64,000 nucleotides of DNA from Thermoanaerobaculia bacterium (GTDB lineage Bacteria; Acidobacteriota; Thermoanaerobaculia; Multivoradales; UBA5704): positions 8,257 to 72,256 of the forward strand of contig JBIOVX010000157.1 in the NCBI GenBank assembly GCA_044868005.1, given 5' to 3'. The position numbers and the translations under genes are program-made. The notes under the pieces were generated by a model, which was not told the origin of the DNA, made no database searches, and saw nothing but the letters and a program-made list of their open reading frames with translations. Of the stretch, positions 8,570 to 17,283 are shown one piece after another; position 1 is the first letter of the stretch; every line of letters starts with the position of its first letter.

Positions 8570-9211
8570 TCACTTCCGCAGCAGCTTGAAGGCGTGATTC
8601 CAGGTGTTGGTGCGGATCCCGTAGTCGACCCAGACCAGGCACATGGCTTCGAGGTAGTGGGAGGCCTCGATGCCGCCCACGTCGACTGTGCCCCAGCCGA
8701 AATCGCTCAGGATCTCAGTGACCTTCTTCTTCGCGTCCGCGTCGTCGCCGCAGATGAACATGTCCGGCGGGCCGCCGGGGAAGTCGGGGCGGAACATGTG
8801 GGCGTTGCCGACGGTGTTGAAGGCCTTGACGACGTGAGCTTCCGGCAGGAAACGCTGCACCTGCTCGCCGCCCGAGCCGTCGTCCAGCGCCGCCAGCTTC
8901 GGCCGGCCGCCGCTGAAGTCGAGCGGGTTGGTGGCGTCGATGACGACCTTGCCGCGCAGCCTCTCCGGACCGGCGGCCCGTAGAGCGCTCTCGTTGGCGG
9001 CGCCCAGCGTCGCCAGCACCACCACATCGCCGTACTCCGCCGCCTCGGCGAAAGTGCCGGCCGAGGCCTTGGGACCCATCTCCTGCGTCCAGGCGAGCGC
9101 CTTCTCGTTGGCGGCCTCGCGCGATCCCATCTTCACTTCGTGGCCCAGCGTGACGAAGCCCCTGCCGAGCGCCTTGCCGACGTCGCCGGTGCCGAGAATG
9201 CCGATCTTCAT
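8570..9211 (-). CDS. NADP-dependent oxidoreductase (F420-dependent NADP reductase-like fold)
   Basis: The Rossmann N-terminus MKIGILGTGDVGKALGRGF and the overall 213-aa layout are typical of NADPH-dependent F420 reductase-like proteins. Confidence 0.75.
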   Translation of the reverse strand: MKIGILGTGDVGKALGRGFVTLGHEVKMGSREAANEKALAWTQEMGPKASAGTFAEAAEYGDVVVLATLGAANESALRAAGPERLRGKVVIDATNPLDFSGGRPKLAALDDGSGGEQVQRFLPEAHVVKAFNTVGNAHMFRPDFPGGPPDMFICGDDADAKKKVTEILSDFGWGTVDVGGIEASHYLEAMCLVWVDYGIRTNTWNHAFKLLRK

Positions 9212-9267
9212 GACTCCTCCTTATAGCGGTTCAGCATTGTAAACGGTTTCGTATCCCCCGCGTGTCA

Positions 9268-9467
9268 CACTCCGGCGGCGGCGGGCACTATAATCCTGTA
9301 GGAGACCTTGTGTGCTCCCAAGGCGTCCTTTCCCCCTGATCAAGTTGCCCAAAGATTCGTGAGCGGTGCTGCTTCCCGATGCGTGTGTCCAACGGTCCGC
9401 GATGATCGCGGACCGTCTAATTGACCTTCGCCCCGGCATATCGGGGCGACCATTGGAGGAGAATTGC
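9268..9467 (+). promoter_or_regulatory. Structured 5' leader of metalloprotease gene 1 (two hairpins before the SD sequence)
   Basis: The conserved block CACTCCGGCGGCGGC..GCAC....TGTAGGAG is followed by hairpin 9393..9415 (10-bp stem, CGGTCCGCGA-tga-TCGCGGACCG), hairpin 9430..9447 (GCCCCG-gcatat-CGGGGC), and then TGGAGGAG before the ATG. It is homologous to 13408..13566. Confidence 0.4.
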
Positions 9468-12400
9468 ATGCAAGGTAGGGAGCATTCCAGGTTGTTGCTG
9501 AGGAGAGCGGGCCTGCTGGCCGTCCTCCTCGGGATCGTCCTCGCCGGTGCGGCGTGGGCCACCAAGCCTCCGGAGCCGCAGAGTTACATCGACCACAAAG
9601 CCTTCTTCAAGCCGGAGCTGTATATCAGCAGCTCCCAGGTGCCCATCGAGGAGATCCTCGACCAACTCCCCAACCGGGCAGCATGGGGAGAGTACCGGGC
9701 GGCGCGGGAGAAAGCCTTCGGACCGTCGTTCGACGGAGTGCCGCTCGCCTACATCGATCCGCGCTCCGGAGCGGCCACGAGCCTGATGGGCTCCGTGCCG
9801 CTGATCCCCGGCCGCGGCGTGGGCAACCACATCAAGCTCGCGGACCTCTCCGCCAAGCTGGGCCGTCCCATCACCAAGGCGAACAACAAGGCCGTTCTCG
9901 ACGCCGTGCTCGACTACATCAACGCGAACCAGGGCGTGCTCGGCATCGACTTGACGCAGATGGGAAACGGCAGCGCCGCCGACGTCAGCGCGGACCTGTG
10001 GCAGGTCAGCATCCCGCAGTATTACAAAGGCGTGCCGGTGCGCTACGGCCGCATCGCGGCGACGATCAACCGCGGCAACCTGGTGCTGATCGGCACCGAG
10101 ACCTGGGGCGACGTGAAGGGCCTCAGCCACGTGCCGAAGCTCACCGGCGCGCAGGCTTTGACCGCCGGTTTCGCCTACGTCGGCGGCCCGTCGGCCAACG
10201 ACAAGATCCTGCGCCAGCCGACGCTGGAGATCATCCCCGTCAGCGCCACGGGTCCGGTCGGCGCCGGCTACGACCACCGCCTGACCTGGACCTTCGTCTT
10301 CCAGCGCTATCCGGACGACGCCAAGTGGGAGGTCATCGTCGACGCCCACAAAGGCGAGGTCCTCGCACTGCAGGACATCAACCACTACGCCAACCAGCCG
10401 ATCACCGGCGGCGTCTACCCGCTGACCGACACCGGCATCTGTCCCACCCCGGGCACCTGCGGCACGATGCAGAGCAACTGGCCGATGCCGTTCGCCGACA
10501 CCGGCTTCGCGTCGCCCAACAACTTCACCAACAGCGGCGGCATCTACAACTACACCAGCGGCACGGCGACGACGACGTTGACCGGCCGCTACGTCGACAT
10601 CGTCGACAACTGCGGCGCCATCAGCAACAGCTCGGCGACCGGCGCGATCAGCCTCGGCGGCAGCAACAACCAGCACGACTGCACGACCGGCGGCGGCTCG
10701 GCGGGCAACACTCCGGCCTCCCGCTCGGCGTTCTATGAAGTCAACAAGATCGCCGAGCAAGCGCGCGGCTGGCTGCCCACCAACACCTGGTTGAATTCCG
10801 TTTTGACCGCCAACGTCAACATCAACCTGACCTGCAACGGGTTCTGGAACGGCTCGACGATCAACTTCTACCGCTCGGGAGGCGGCTGCCGCAATACCGG
10901 CGAGATCGCCGCCGTCTTCGATCACGAGTGGGGCCACGGGATGGACGACAACGACGCCGCCGGCGCGCTCTCCAACTCCAGCGAAGGCTACGCCGACATC
11001 GCGGCGATCTACCGCCTGCAATCCTCCTGTGTCGGCTACGGCTTCTTCGCCACCCTCGACGACGGCTGCGGCATGACCTCCGACGGCACCAGCTTCAACA
11101 CCAACGAGGCGCAGCAGGGCGCGTCCCACTGCGACCTCGACTGCTCGGGCGTGCGCGACGCCGACTACCTCAAGCACAGCCCGAACACGCCGGACACCGC
11201 GCTCGGCTACGTCTGCACCTCCTGCATCACCGGCACCGGCCCCTGCGGCCGGCAGGTACACTGCGCCGCGGCGCCGACGCGGCAGGCGGCGTGGGACTTC
11301 GCCGCGCGCGACCTGCAGAGCGCGCCCTTCAACCTCGACAGCCAGACGGCCTTCATCGTCGCCAACCGCATCTTCTACCAGGGCAGCGGCAACGTCGGCG
11401 CCTGGCACTCCTGCACCTGCGGCTCCTCCTCCAGCGGCTGCGGCGCCACCAACGGCTACATGCAGTGGCTGGCGGCGGACGACGACAACGGCAACATCAA
11501 CGACGGCACGCCGCACATGACGGCGCTGTTCAACGCCTTCAACCGCCACGGCATCGCCTGCGCGACGCCGACGCCGGTCAACAGCGGTTGCGCCGCCGGG
11601 CCGAGCGCCGCTTCGACGCTCTCCGGCACCGCCGGCGATTACCAGTCGTCGCTGTCGTGGGGCTCGGTGGCGGGAGCGACCCGCTACTGGGTGTTCCGCA
11701 CCGAGGGGCACGCGGGCTGCGACTTCGGCAAGACCAAGATCGGCGAGACCACCGGCCTCTCCTTCACCGACACGCAGGTCGCGGCCGGCCGCAACTACTA
11801 CTACAACGTAGTCGCCGCGGGCTCCTCGAACGCCTGCTCCGGCCTCGCCAGCAACTGCGTCACCGTCACTCCGACGGCGGGCACGCCGACGCCGGACTTC
11901 AGCATCTCGTGCAGCCCGTCGAGCCTGACGGTCACCCAGGGCAGCAACACCACGAGCACCTGCACGGTGACCTCGATTAACGGCTTCGCCAGCTCCGTCA
12001 GCCTCTCGTGCGCCAATCTGCCTTCCGGCTCGAGCTGCAGCTTCAGCCCGAGCTCGGTGACGCCGACGGCGAGCTCCACCCTGACGGTCTCCGCGACCGC
12101 CGGGGCCGCGACCGGCACCTTCACCATCCAGGCCCAGGGCACGAGCGGCGCCACGACGCGCAGCACCAACCTGACGCTCACCGTCAATCCGAGCGGCGGC
12201 GGCGGCGCGCAGACGGCGGTATTCGACGCCACCCTCCAGGCGCCGAAGTGCGCCACGGTGGGGATCTCCTGCGACACCGGCCCGACGCTCGTCAACGGGC
12301 GCGACACCCTGGCCGGCGGCACCGAGCCCAACCAGCCCAACACCATCAACGACTCCTGCGCCGACGGCACCTCCGGCACCTTCCACAGCGACGAGTCGAA

Positions 12401-13283
12401 CGACCGGCTGAAGGTCTCCACCGTCGACGGCACCAACTTCGCGCCGGGCAAGAGCGTGCGCATCGACGCCACCGTGTTCGCCTGGGCCGGCGGGCCGACC
12501 AACGACCACCTGGACCTCTACTTCGCGGCCAACGCCAACAGCCCGAGCTGGACCTTCCTCACCACCATCACGCCGACGGCCGCCCAGGGAGGCGTGCAGA
12601 CGTTCAGCGCCACCTACACGCTGCCCGCGGGCGCGCTGCAAGCGGTGCGGGCGCAGTTCCGCTATCAGGGAACGGCGTCCTCTTGCACCGCCGGCTCGTT
12701 CAACGACCACGACGACCTGGTCTTCGCGGTCACCAGCAATCCGGTGACGACGGTGTTCTTCGACGACTTCGAGACCAGCCTGGGCTGGACGACGAACCCG
12801 AACGGCACCGACACGGCGACCACCGGCCAGTGGGAGCGGGGGAATCCGGAGGATACTAACGACAGCGGAGCCAAGCAGCTCGGCACCACGGTCTCCGGCG
12901 TCAACGATCTGGTGACGGGAGCGCTGGCGGGAGCGAGCGCCGGCGCGTTCGACGTCGACAGCGGCACGACCTCCACCCGTTCGCCCGCCATCACCCTGCC
13001 GTCCACCGGCGTCCTGACGCTGTCGTTCAACTACTACCTGGCGCACGGCACCAACTCCTCGACCGCCGACTTCCTGCGCGTCAGCGTGGTCGGCAGCACC
13101 ACGACGCAGGTCTTCCAGGAGCTGGGCGGCACCGAGAACGACAACGGCGTCTGGGCGACGGCCTCGGCCGACATCAGCGCCTTTGCCGGACAGACCGTCC
13201 GCATCCTCATCGAGGCCGCGGACGCCTCGACGGCCAGCCTGGTGGAAGCCGGCGTCGATGACGTGAAGATCACGCAGCAGTAG
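9468..13283 (+). CDS. Secreted multidomain zinc metalloprotease (gluzincin-like, HEWGH...E), paralog 1, 1271 aa
   Basis: The ATG at 9468 follows GGAGGA. A signal peptide (LLAVLLGIVLAGAAWA) is followed by a propeptide-like region. The zinc site is FDHEWGHGMDDND with SEGYADI 16 residues after the second His, comparable to thermolysin NEAISDI. After a Cys-rich region come an Fn3-like domain, an Ig-like domain, an extra domain of about 180 aa, and a C-terminal jelly-roll-like domain. Confidence 0.85.
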   Translation: MQGREHSRLLLRRAGLLAVLLGIVLAGAAWATKPPEPQSYIDHKAFFKPELYISSSQVPIEEILDQLPNRAAWGEYRAAREKAFGPSFDGVPLAYIDPRSGAATSLMGSVPLIPGRGVGNHIKLADLSAKLGRPITKANNKAVLDAVLDYINANQGVLGIDLTQMGNGSAADVSADLWQVSIPQYYKGVPVRYGRIAATINRGNLVLIGTETWGDVKGLSHVPKLTGAQALTAGFAYVGGPSANDKILRQPTLEIIPVSATGPVGAGYDHRLTWTFVFQRYPDDAKWEVIVDAHKGEVLALQDINHYANQPITGGVYPLTDTGICPTPGTCGTMQSNWPMPFADTGFASPNNFTNSGGIYNYTSGTATTTLTGRYVDIVDNCGAISNSSATGAISLGGSNNQHDCTTGGGSAGNTPASRSAFYEVNKIAEQARGWLPTNTWLNSVLTANVNINLTCNGFWNGSTINFYRSGGGCRNTGEIAAVFDHEWGHGMDDNDAAGALSNSSEGYADIAAIYRLQSSCVGYGFFATLDDGCGMTSDGTSFNTNEAQQGASHCDLDCSGVRDADYLKHSPNTPDTALGYVCTSCITGTGPCGRQVHCAAAPTRQAAWDFAARDLQSAPFNLDSQTAFIVANRIFYQGSGNVGAWHSCTCGSSSSGCGATNGYMQWLAADDDNGNINDGTPHMTALFNAFNRHGIACATPTPVNSGCAAGPSAASTLSGTAGDYQSSLSWGSVAGATRYWVFRTEGHAGCDFGKTKIGETTGLSFTDTQVAAGRNYYYNVVAAGSSNACSGLASNCVTVTPTAGTPTPDFSISCSPSSLTVTQGSNTTSTCTVTSINGFASSVSLSCANLPSGSSCSFSPSSVTPTASSTLTVSATAGAATGTFTIQAQGTSGATTRSTNLTLTVNPSGGGGAQTAVFDATLQAPKCATVGISCDTGPTLVNGRDTLAGGTEPNQPNTINDSCADGTSGTFHSDESNDRLKVSTVDGTNFAPGKSVRIDATVFAWAGGPTNDHLDLYFAANANSPSWTFLTTITPTAAQGGVQTFSATYTLPAGALQAVRAQFRYQGTASSCTAGSFNDHDDLVFAVTSNPVTTVFFDDFETSLGWTTNPNGTDTATTGQWERGNPEDTNDSGAKQLGTTVSGVNDLVTGALAGASAGAFDVDSGTTSTRSPAITLPSTGVLTLSFNYYLAHGTNSSTADFLRVSVVGSTTTQVFQELGGTENDNGVWATASADISAFAGQTVRILIEAADASTASLVEAGVDDVKITQQ

Positions 13284-13297
13284 GCAGTTCGTAGCAA

Positions 13298-13321
13298 GCG
13301 GGGGCGCTCCGGCGCCCCCGC
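13298..13321 (+). terminator. GC-rich hairpin after protease gene 1 (possible terminator; no clear U-tract)
   Basis: GCGGGGGCGC-tccg-GCGCCCCCGC lies 15 nt after the stop. Almost the same hairpin recurs after paralog 2. Confidence 0.35.
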
Positions 13322-13407
13322 CGCTCGCATGAACCGCGGCGGCGGCGCCGGGGACCTACCTCGGCGGGAAGGTACGTGCCGCCGACGGCCCTCCAAGTGC
13401 CATGTCC

Positions 13408-13566
13408 CACTCCGGCGGCGGCCCGCACAGAGTCTTGTAGGAGTTTCCTCAGGCAGTCCCAAACAGCGGTCCTTTCCATGCGTGTCCAGCGGCGGCCGGC
13501 GATGCCCGGATCGCCGCATGACCTTTATGCCCCGGCACGAACCGGGGCCCACTGGAGGAGGAGCTC
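13408..13566 (+). promoter_or_regulatory. Structured 5' leader of metalloprotease gene 2
   Basis: It has the same conserved 5' block as 9268.., then hairpins 13497..13516 (CGGCGAT-gcccgg-ATCGCCG) and 13529..13548 (GCCCCGG-cacgaa-CCGGGGC), and then TGGAGGAGGAG before the ATG. Confidence 0.4.
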
Positions 13567-16500
13567 ATGGAACAGTCGAAGCTGTTGCGTCTTTCCCGGA
13601 GGGTTGGCCTGCTCGCGGTCTGTCTCGGAATCGCGCTCGCCGGCGCGCTCTGGGCGGTTACTCCCAAGCAGCCCGGGGGGTCCTACCTCGACCAGAAGGC
13701 TTTCTTCAAGCCGGAGCTGTACATCAGCAGCTCGCAGGTGGCCCTCGAGGACATCCTCGATCAGCTCCCGAACCGGGCGGCGTGGGGAGAGTACCGGGCG
13801 GCGCGGGAGAAGGCCCTCGGGCAGAGGGCTGACGGATTACCCCTCGCCTACATCGATCCGCGCTCCGGAGCGGCCACCAACCTGGTGGGCTCGTTCCCGG
13901 TGATTCCCGGCCGCGGCGTGGGCAATCACATCAAGCTCGCGGACCTGAGCAAGACTTTGGGCCGTCCCGTCACCAAGGCGAACGACAAGGCCGTCCTCGA
14001 CGCCGTGCTCGACTTCATCGCCGCGAACCAGGACGTGCTCGGCGTCGACCTGGAGCAGATCGGAGACGGCCGCGCCGCCGACGTCACGGACGACCTGTGG
14101 CAGGTCAGCATCCCGCAGTATTACAAAGGCGTGCCGGTGCGCTATGGCCGCGTGGTGGCGACGATCAACCGCGGCAACCTGGTGCTGATCGGCACCGAGA
14201 CCTGGGGCAACGTGAAGGGCCTCAGCCACGTGCCGAAGCTCACCGGCGCCGAGGCCTTGACCGCCGGTTTCGCCTACGCCGGCGGCCAGTCGGCGATGGA
14301 CCAGATGCTGCGCCAGCCGGCGCTGGAGATCATTCCCGTCAGCGCCGAGGGTCCGGTCGGCGCCGGCTACGACCACCGCCTGGCCTGGACCTTCGTCTTC
14401 CAGCGGCTGCCCGACGATGCCCAGTGGGAGGTGATCGTCGACGCCCACAAAGGCGAGGTCCTGGCGCTGCAGGACGTCAACCACTACGTCAACCAGCCGA
14501 TCACCGGCGGCGTCTATCCGCTGACCGACACCGGCATCTGCCCGACGCCGCAGACCTGCGGCACCATGCAGAGCGGCTGGCCGATGCCGTTCGCGGACAC
14601 CGGCTTCGCCTCGCCCAACAACTTCACCAACAGCGCCGGCATCTACAACTACACCAGCGGCACGGCGACGACGACCCTGACCGGCCGCTTCGTCGACATC
14701 GTCGACAGCTGCGGCGCCATCAGCAACAGCTCGGCGACCGGCGCCATCAGCCTCGGCGGCAGCAACAACCAGCACGACTGCACCACCGGCGGCGGCTCGG
14801 CGGGCAACACCCCGGCCTCCCGCTCGGCGTTCTATGAGGTGAACAAGATCGCCGAGCAGGCGCGCGGCTGGCTGCCCACCAACACCTGGCTGAACGCCCG
14901 CCTGACCGCCAACGTCAACATCAACCTGACCTGCAACGGCTTCTGGAACGGCTCGACGATCAACTTCTATCGCTCGGGAGGCGGCTGCCGCAACACCGGC
15001 GAGATCGCCGCGGTCTTCGATCACGAGTGGGGCCACGGCCTGGACGACAACGACGCCGCCGGCGTGCTCTCCAACTCCAGCGAAGGCTACGCCGACATCG
15101 CGGCGATCTACCGCCTGCAGTCCTCGTGCGTCGGCTACGGCTTCTTCCAGACGCTCAACGACGGTTGCGGCACGACCTCGGACGGCACCGGCTTCAACAC
15201 CAACGAGGCGCAGCAGGGCGCCGCCCACTGCGACCTCGACTGCTCGGGCGTACGCGACGCCGACTACCTGAAGCACAGCCCGAACACGCCGGACACCGCG
15301 CTCGGCTACGTCTGCACCTCCTGCCTGACGGGCAGCGGCCCGTGCGGCCGGCAGGTGCACTGCGCCGCGGCGCCGACGCGGCAGGCGGCGTGGGACTTCG
15401 CGGCGCGCGACCTGCAGAGCGCGCCCTTCAGCCTCGACAGCCAGACGGCCTTCATCATCGCCAACCGCATCTTCTACCAGGGCAGCGGCAACGTCGGCGC
15501 CTGGCACTCCTGCACCTGCGGCTCCTCCTCCAGCGGCTGCGCCGCGGCGAACGGCTACATGCAGTGGCTGGCGGCGGACGACGACAACGGCAACATCAAC
15601 GACGGCACGCCGCACATGACGGCGCTGTTCAACGCCTTCAACCGTCACGGCATCGCCTGCTCGACGCCGACGGCGGTCAACAGCGGCTGCGGCGGCGGGC
15701 CCAGCGCCGCGCCGACGCTCTCCGGCACGGCGGGCAACTTCCAGTCCTCGTTGTCGTGGAATTCCGTCTCGGGAGCCACCCGGTACTGGGTGTTCCGCAG
15801 CGAAGGCCACGCCGGCTGCAACTTCGGCAAGACCAAGATCGCCGAGACGACCGGCCTCTCCTTCACCGACACACAGGTGGCCAACGGCCGCAACTACTAC
15901 TACAACATCGTGGCCGCCGGCGCCTCCAACGCCTGCTCCGGGCGGGCCAGCAACTGCGTCACGGTGACTCCGGTCGCCTCGGCCACGCCGGACTTCACCA
16001 TCTCCTGCAGCCCGTCGAGCCTCTCGGCCGCCCAGGGCGGCAGCGCCACGAGCACCTGCACGGTGACCTCGCAGAACGGCTTCAACAGCGCCGTCAGCCT
16101 GTCGTGCAGCGGCCTGCCGAGCGGCGCGACCTGCTCGTTCTCCCCGGCCTCGGTGACGCCACCGGCCAACGGCAGCGCCAACAGCTCGCTGACCGTCAAC
16201 GTGTCGGGCAGCACGCCCACCGGCACCACCAATTTCAATGTCAACGGCGTCTCCGGCTCGCTGTCGCATAGCGCCGCCATGTCGCTCACCGTGACGGGTA
16301 CCACGGTCACCGTCTTCTTCGACAACTTCGAGACCAGCCTGGGGTGGACGACCAACCCGAGCGGCACCGACACGGCGACCACCGGCCAGTGGGAGCGCGG
16401 CGATCCGGAGCAGACGACCGACGGCACGAACGTCATGCAGCTCGGCACCACCGTCAGCGGCACCAACGACCTGGTGACCGCACGCCTGGCCGGCGCCTCG

Positions 16501-16845
16501 GTGGGCGCGAACGACGTCGACGGCGGCTTGACCTCCATCCGGTCGCCCGCCATCACGCTGCCCGCCACCGGCACGCTGACCCTGTCGTTCTCCCGGTACT
16601 TCGCGCACCTCAACAACTCCTCGAGCGCCGACTTCCTGCGGGTGAGCGTGGTCGGCAGCACCACGACGGTGGTCTACCAGGAGCTGGGTGCGGCCACCAC
16701 AGATGTCGCGTCGTGGGTCACCACCACGGCCAACATCAGCGCCTTCGCCGGCCAGACGATCCGCATCCTCATCGAGGCTACGGACGCCTCGACGGGCAGC
16801 CTGGTGGAAGCGGGTATCGACGACGTGAGGATCACGCAGCAGTAG
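13567..16845 (+). CDS. Secreted multidomain zinc metalloprotease, paralog 2, 1092 aa
   Basis: By eye, roughly nine residues in ten match paralog 1 over the first 830 aa or so, including FDHEWGHGLDDND and SEGYADI. It lacks the extra domain of about 180 aa but shares the C-terminal domain. Confidence 0.85.
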   Translation: MEQSKLLRLSRRVGLLAVCLGIALAGALWAVTPKQPGGSYLDQKAFFKPELYISSSQVALEDILDQLPNRAAWGEYRAAREKALGQRADGLPLAYIDPRSGAATNLVGSFPVIPGRGVGNHIKLADLSKTLGRPVTKANDKAVLDAVLDFIAANQDVLGVDLEQIGDGRAADVTDDLWQVSIPQYYKGVPVRYGRVVATINRGNLVLIGTETWGNVKGLSHVPKLTGAEALTAGFAYAGGQSAMDQMLRQPALEIIPVSAEGPVGAGYDHRLAWTFVFQRLPDDAQWEVIVDAHKGEVLALQDVNHYVNQPITGGVYPLTDTGICPTPQTCGTMQSGWPMPFADTGFASPNNFTNSAGIYNYTSGTATTTLTGRFVDIVDSCGAISNSSATGAISLGGSNNQHDCTTGGGSAGNTPASRSAFYEVNKIAEQARGWLPTNTWLNARLTANVNINLTCNGFWNGSTINFYRSGGGCRNTGEIAAVFDHEWGHGLDDNDAAGVLSNSSEGYADIAAIYRLQSSCVGYGFFQTLNDGCGTTSDGTGFNTNEAQQGAAHCDLDCSGVRDADYLKHSPNTPDTALGYVCTSCLTGSGPCGRQVHCAAAPTRQAAWDFAARDLQSAPFSLDSQTAFIIANRIFYQGSGNVGAWHSCTCGSSSSGCAAANGYMQWLAADDDNGNINDGTPHMTALFNAFNRHGIACSTPTAVNSGCGGGPSAAPTLSGTAGNFQSSLSWNSVSGATRYWVFRSEGHAGCNFGKTKIAETTGLSFTDTQVANGRNYYYNIVAAGASNACSGRASNCVTVTPVASATPDFTISCSPSSLSAAQGGSATSTCTVTSQNGFNSAVSLSCSGLPSGATCSFSPASVTPPANGSANSSLTVNVSGSTPTGTTNFNVNGVSGSLSHSAAMSLTVTGTTVTVFFDNFETSLGWTTNPSGTDTATTGQWERGDPEQTTDGTNVMQLGTTVSGTNDLVTARLAGASVGANDVDGGLTSIRSPAITLPATGTLTLSFSRYFAHLNNSSSADFLRVSVVGSTTTVVYQELGAATTDVASWVTTTANISAFAGQTIRILIEATDASTGSLVEAGIDDVRITQQ

Positions 16846-16857
16846 GTTTTTCGCGCA

Positions 16858-16880
16858 GCGGGGGCGCTCCGGCGCCCCGC
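16858..16880 (+). terminator. GC-rich hairpin after protease gene 2 (possible terminator)
   Basis: GCGGGGGCGC-tccg-GCGCCCCGC is followed by CGTCTTCTC. Confidence 0.35.
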
Positions 16881-16901
16881 CGTCTTCTCGCCGCAGGGGT
16901 T

Positions 16902-16930
16902 TTTCGTAGGGGCGGGGCTTGTCCCCGCCC
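16902..16930. repeat. REP-like palindromic element, single arm
   Basis: TTTCGTAGGGGCGGGGCTTGTCCCCGCCC is identical to 46946..46974. The arm folds on itself (GGGCGGGG/CCCCGCCC). Confidence 0.7.
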
Positions 16931-16981
16931 TTTACCGTTGCAGGCGGGATACAATCCCTCCACTCATCCACCGGAGGAGCC

Positions 16982-17281
16982 ATGAAGAGCGCCCACGAGA
17001 TGCTCGCCTCGGAGGAGTTCCGCGGCCTCGTCCGCCGCAAGTGGACCGTCTCGGTCCTGCTGACGGTCTGCCTGTTCGTGGTGTATTACGGCTACATCCT
17101 GCTCATCGCCGTGGACAAGGCGTTCCTCGCCCGCAAGATCGGCGCCTATACGACCCTCGGCATTCCGTTCGGCGTCGCCGTCATCGTCCTCTCCTGGGTG
17201 TTGACGGCGGTCTACGTGCTGTGGGCCAACGGCAGCCACGACGCGGCGGTGAAGGACCTCGGCGAGCAGGTCGAGGACTGA
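16982..17281 (+). CDS. DUF485 (YjcH-like) small membrane protein
   Basis: The ATG at 16982 follows GGAGGAG. The product has two TM helices. It lies directly upstream of the acetate symporter gene, matching the classic yjcH-actP arrangement. Confidence 0.8.
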   Translation: MKSAHEMLASEEFRGLVRRKWTVSVLLTVCLFVVYYGYILLIAVDKAFLARKIGAYTTLGIPFGVAVIVLSWVLTAVYVLWANGSHDAAVKDLGEQVED

Positions 17282-17283
17282 TC

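Noticed and set aside
9289-9294. A perfect TATAAT in the leader of protease gene 1 as its -10 box.
   Set aside because: There is no acceptable -35 at 17±1 nt (CACACT). The hexamer is not conserved in the homologous leader of paralog 2 (CAGAGT). I left it as part of the leader feature only.
9417-13046. A 1209-aa minus-strand ORF, together with similar giants: 13837..17040 (-), 953..2905 (+), 23951..26587 (+), 25920..27704 (-), 42020..44233 (-), 47073..49430 (+), 30438..32252 (+), 50194..52041 (-), 55989..57620 (-), 61577..63100 (+) and 6856..7917 (+).
   Set aside because: Each lies antisense to, or out of frame with, a gene that has clear family motifs. Their translations are monotonous Arg/Ala/Gly/Pro/Asp/Val runs with no motifs, signal peptides or plausible RBS. 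This is the typical shadow-ORF behaviour of sequence near 70% GC.
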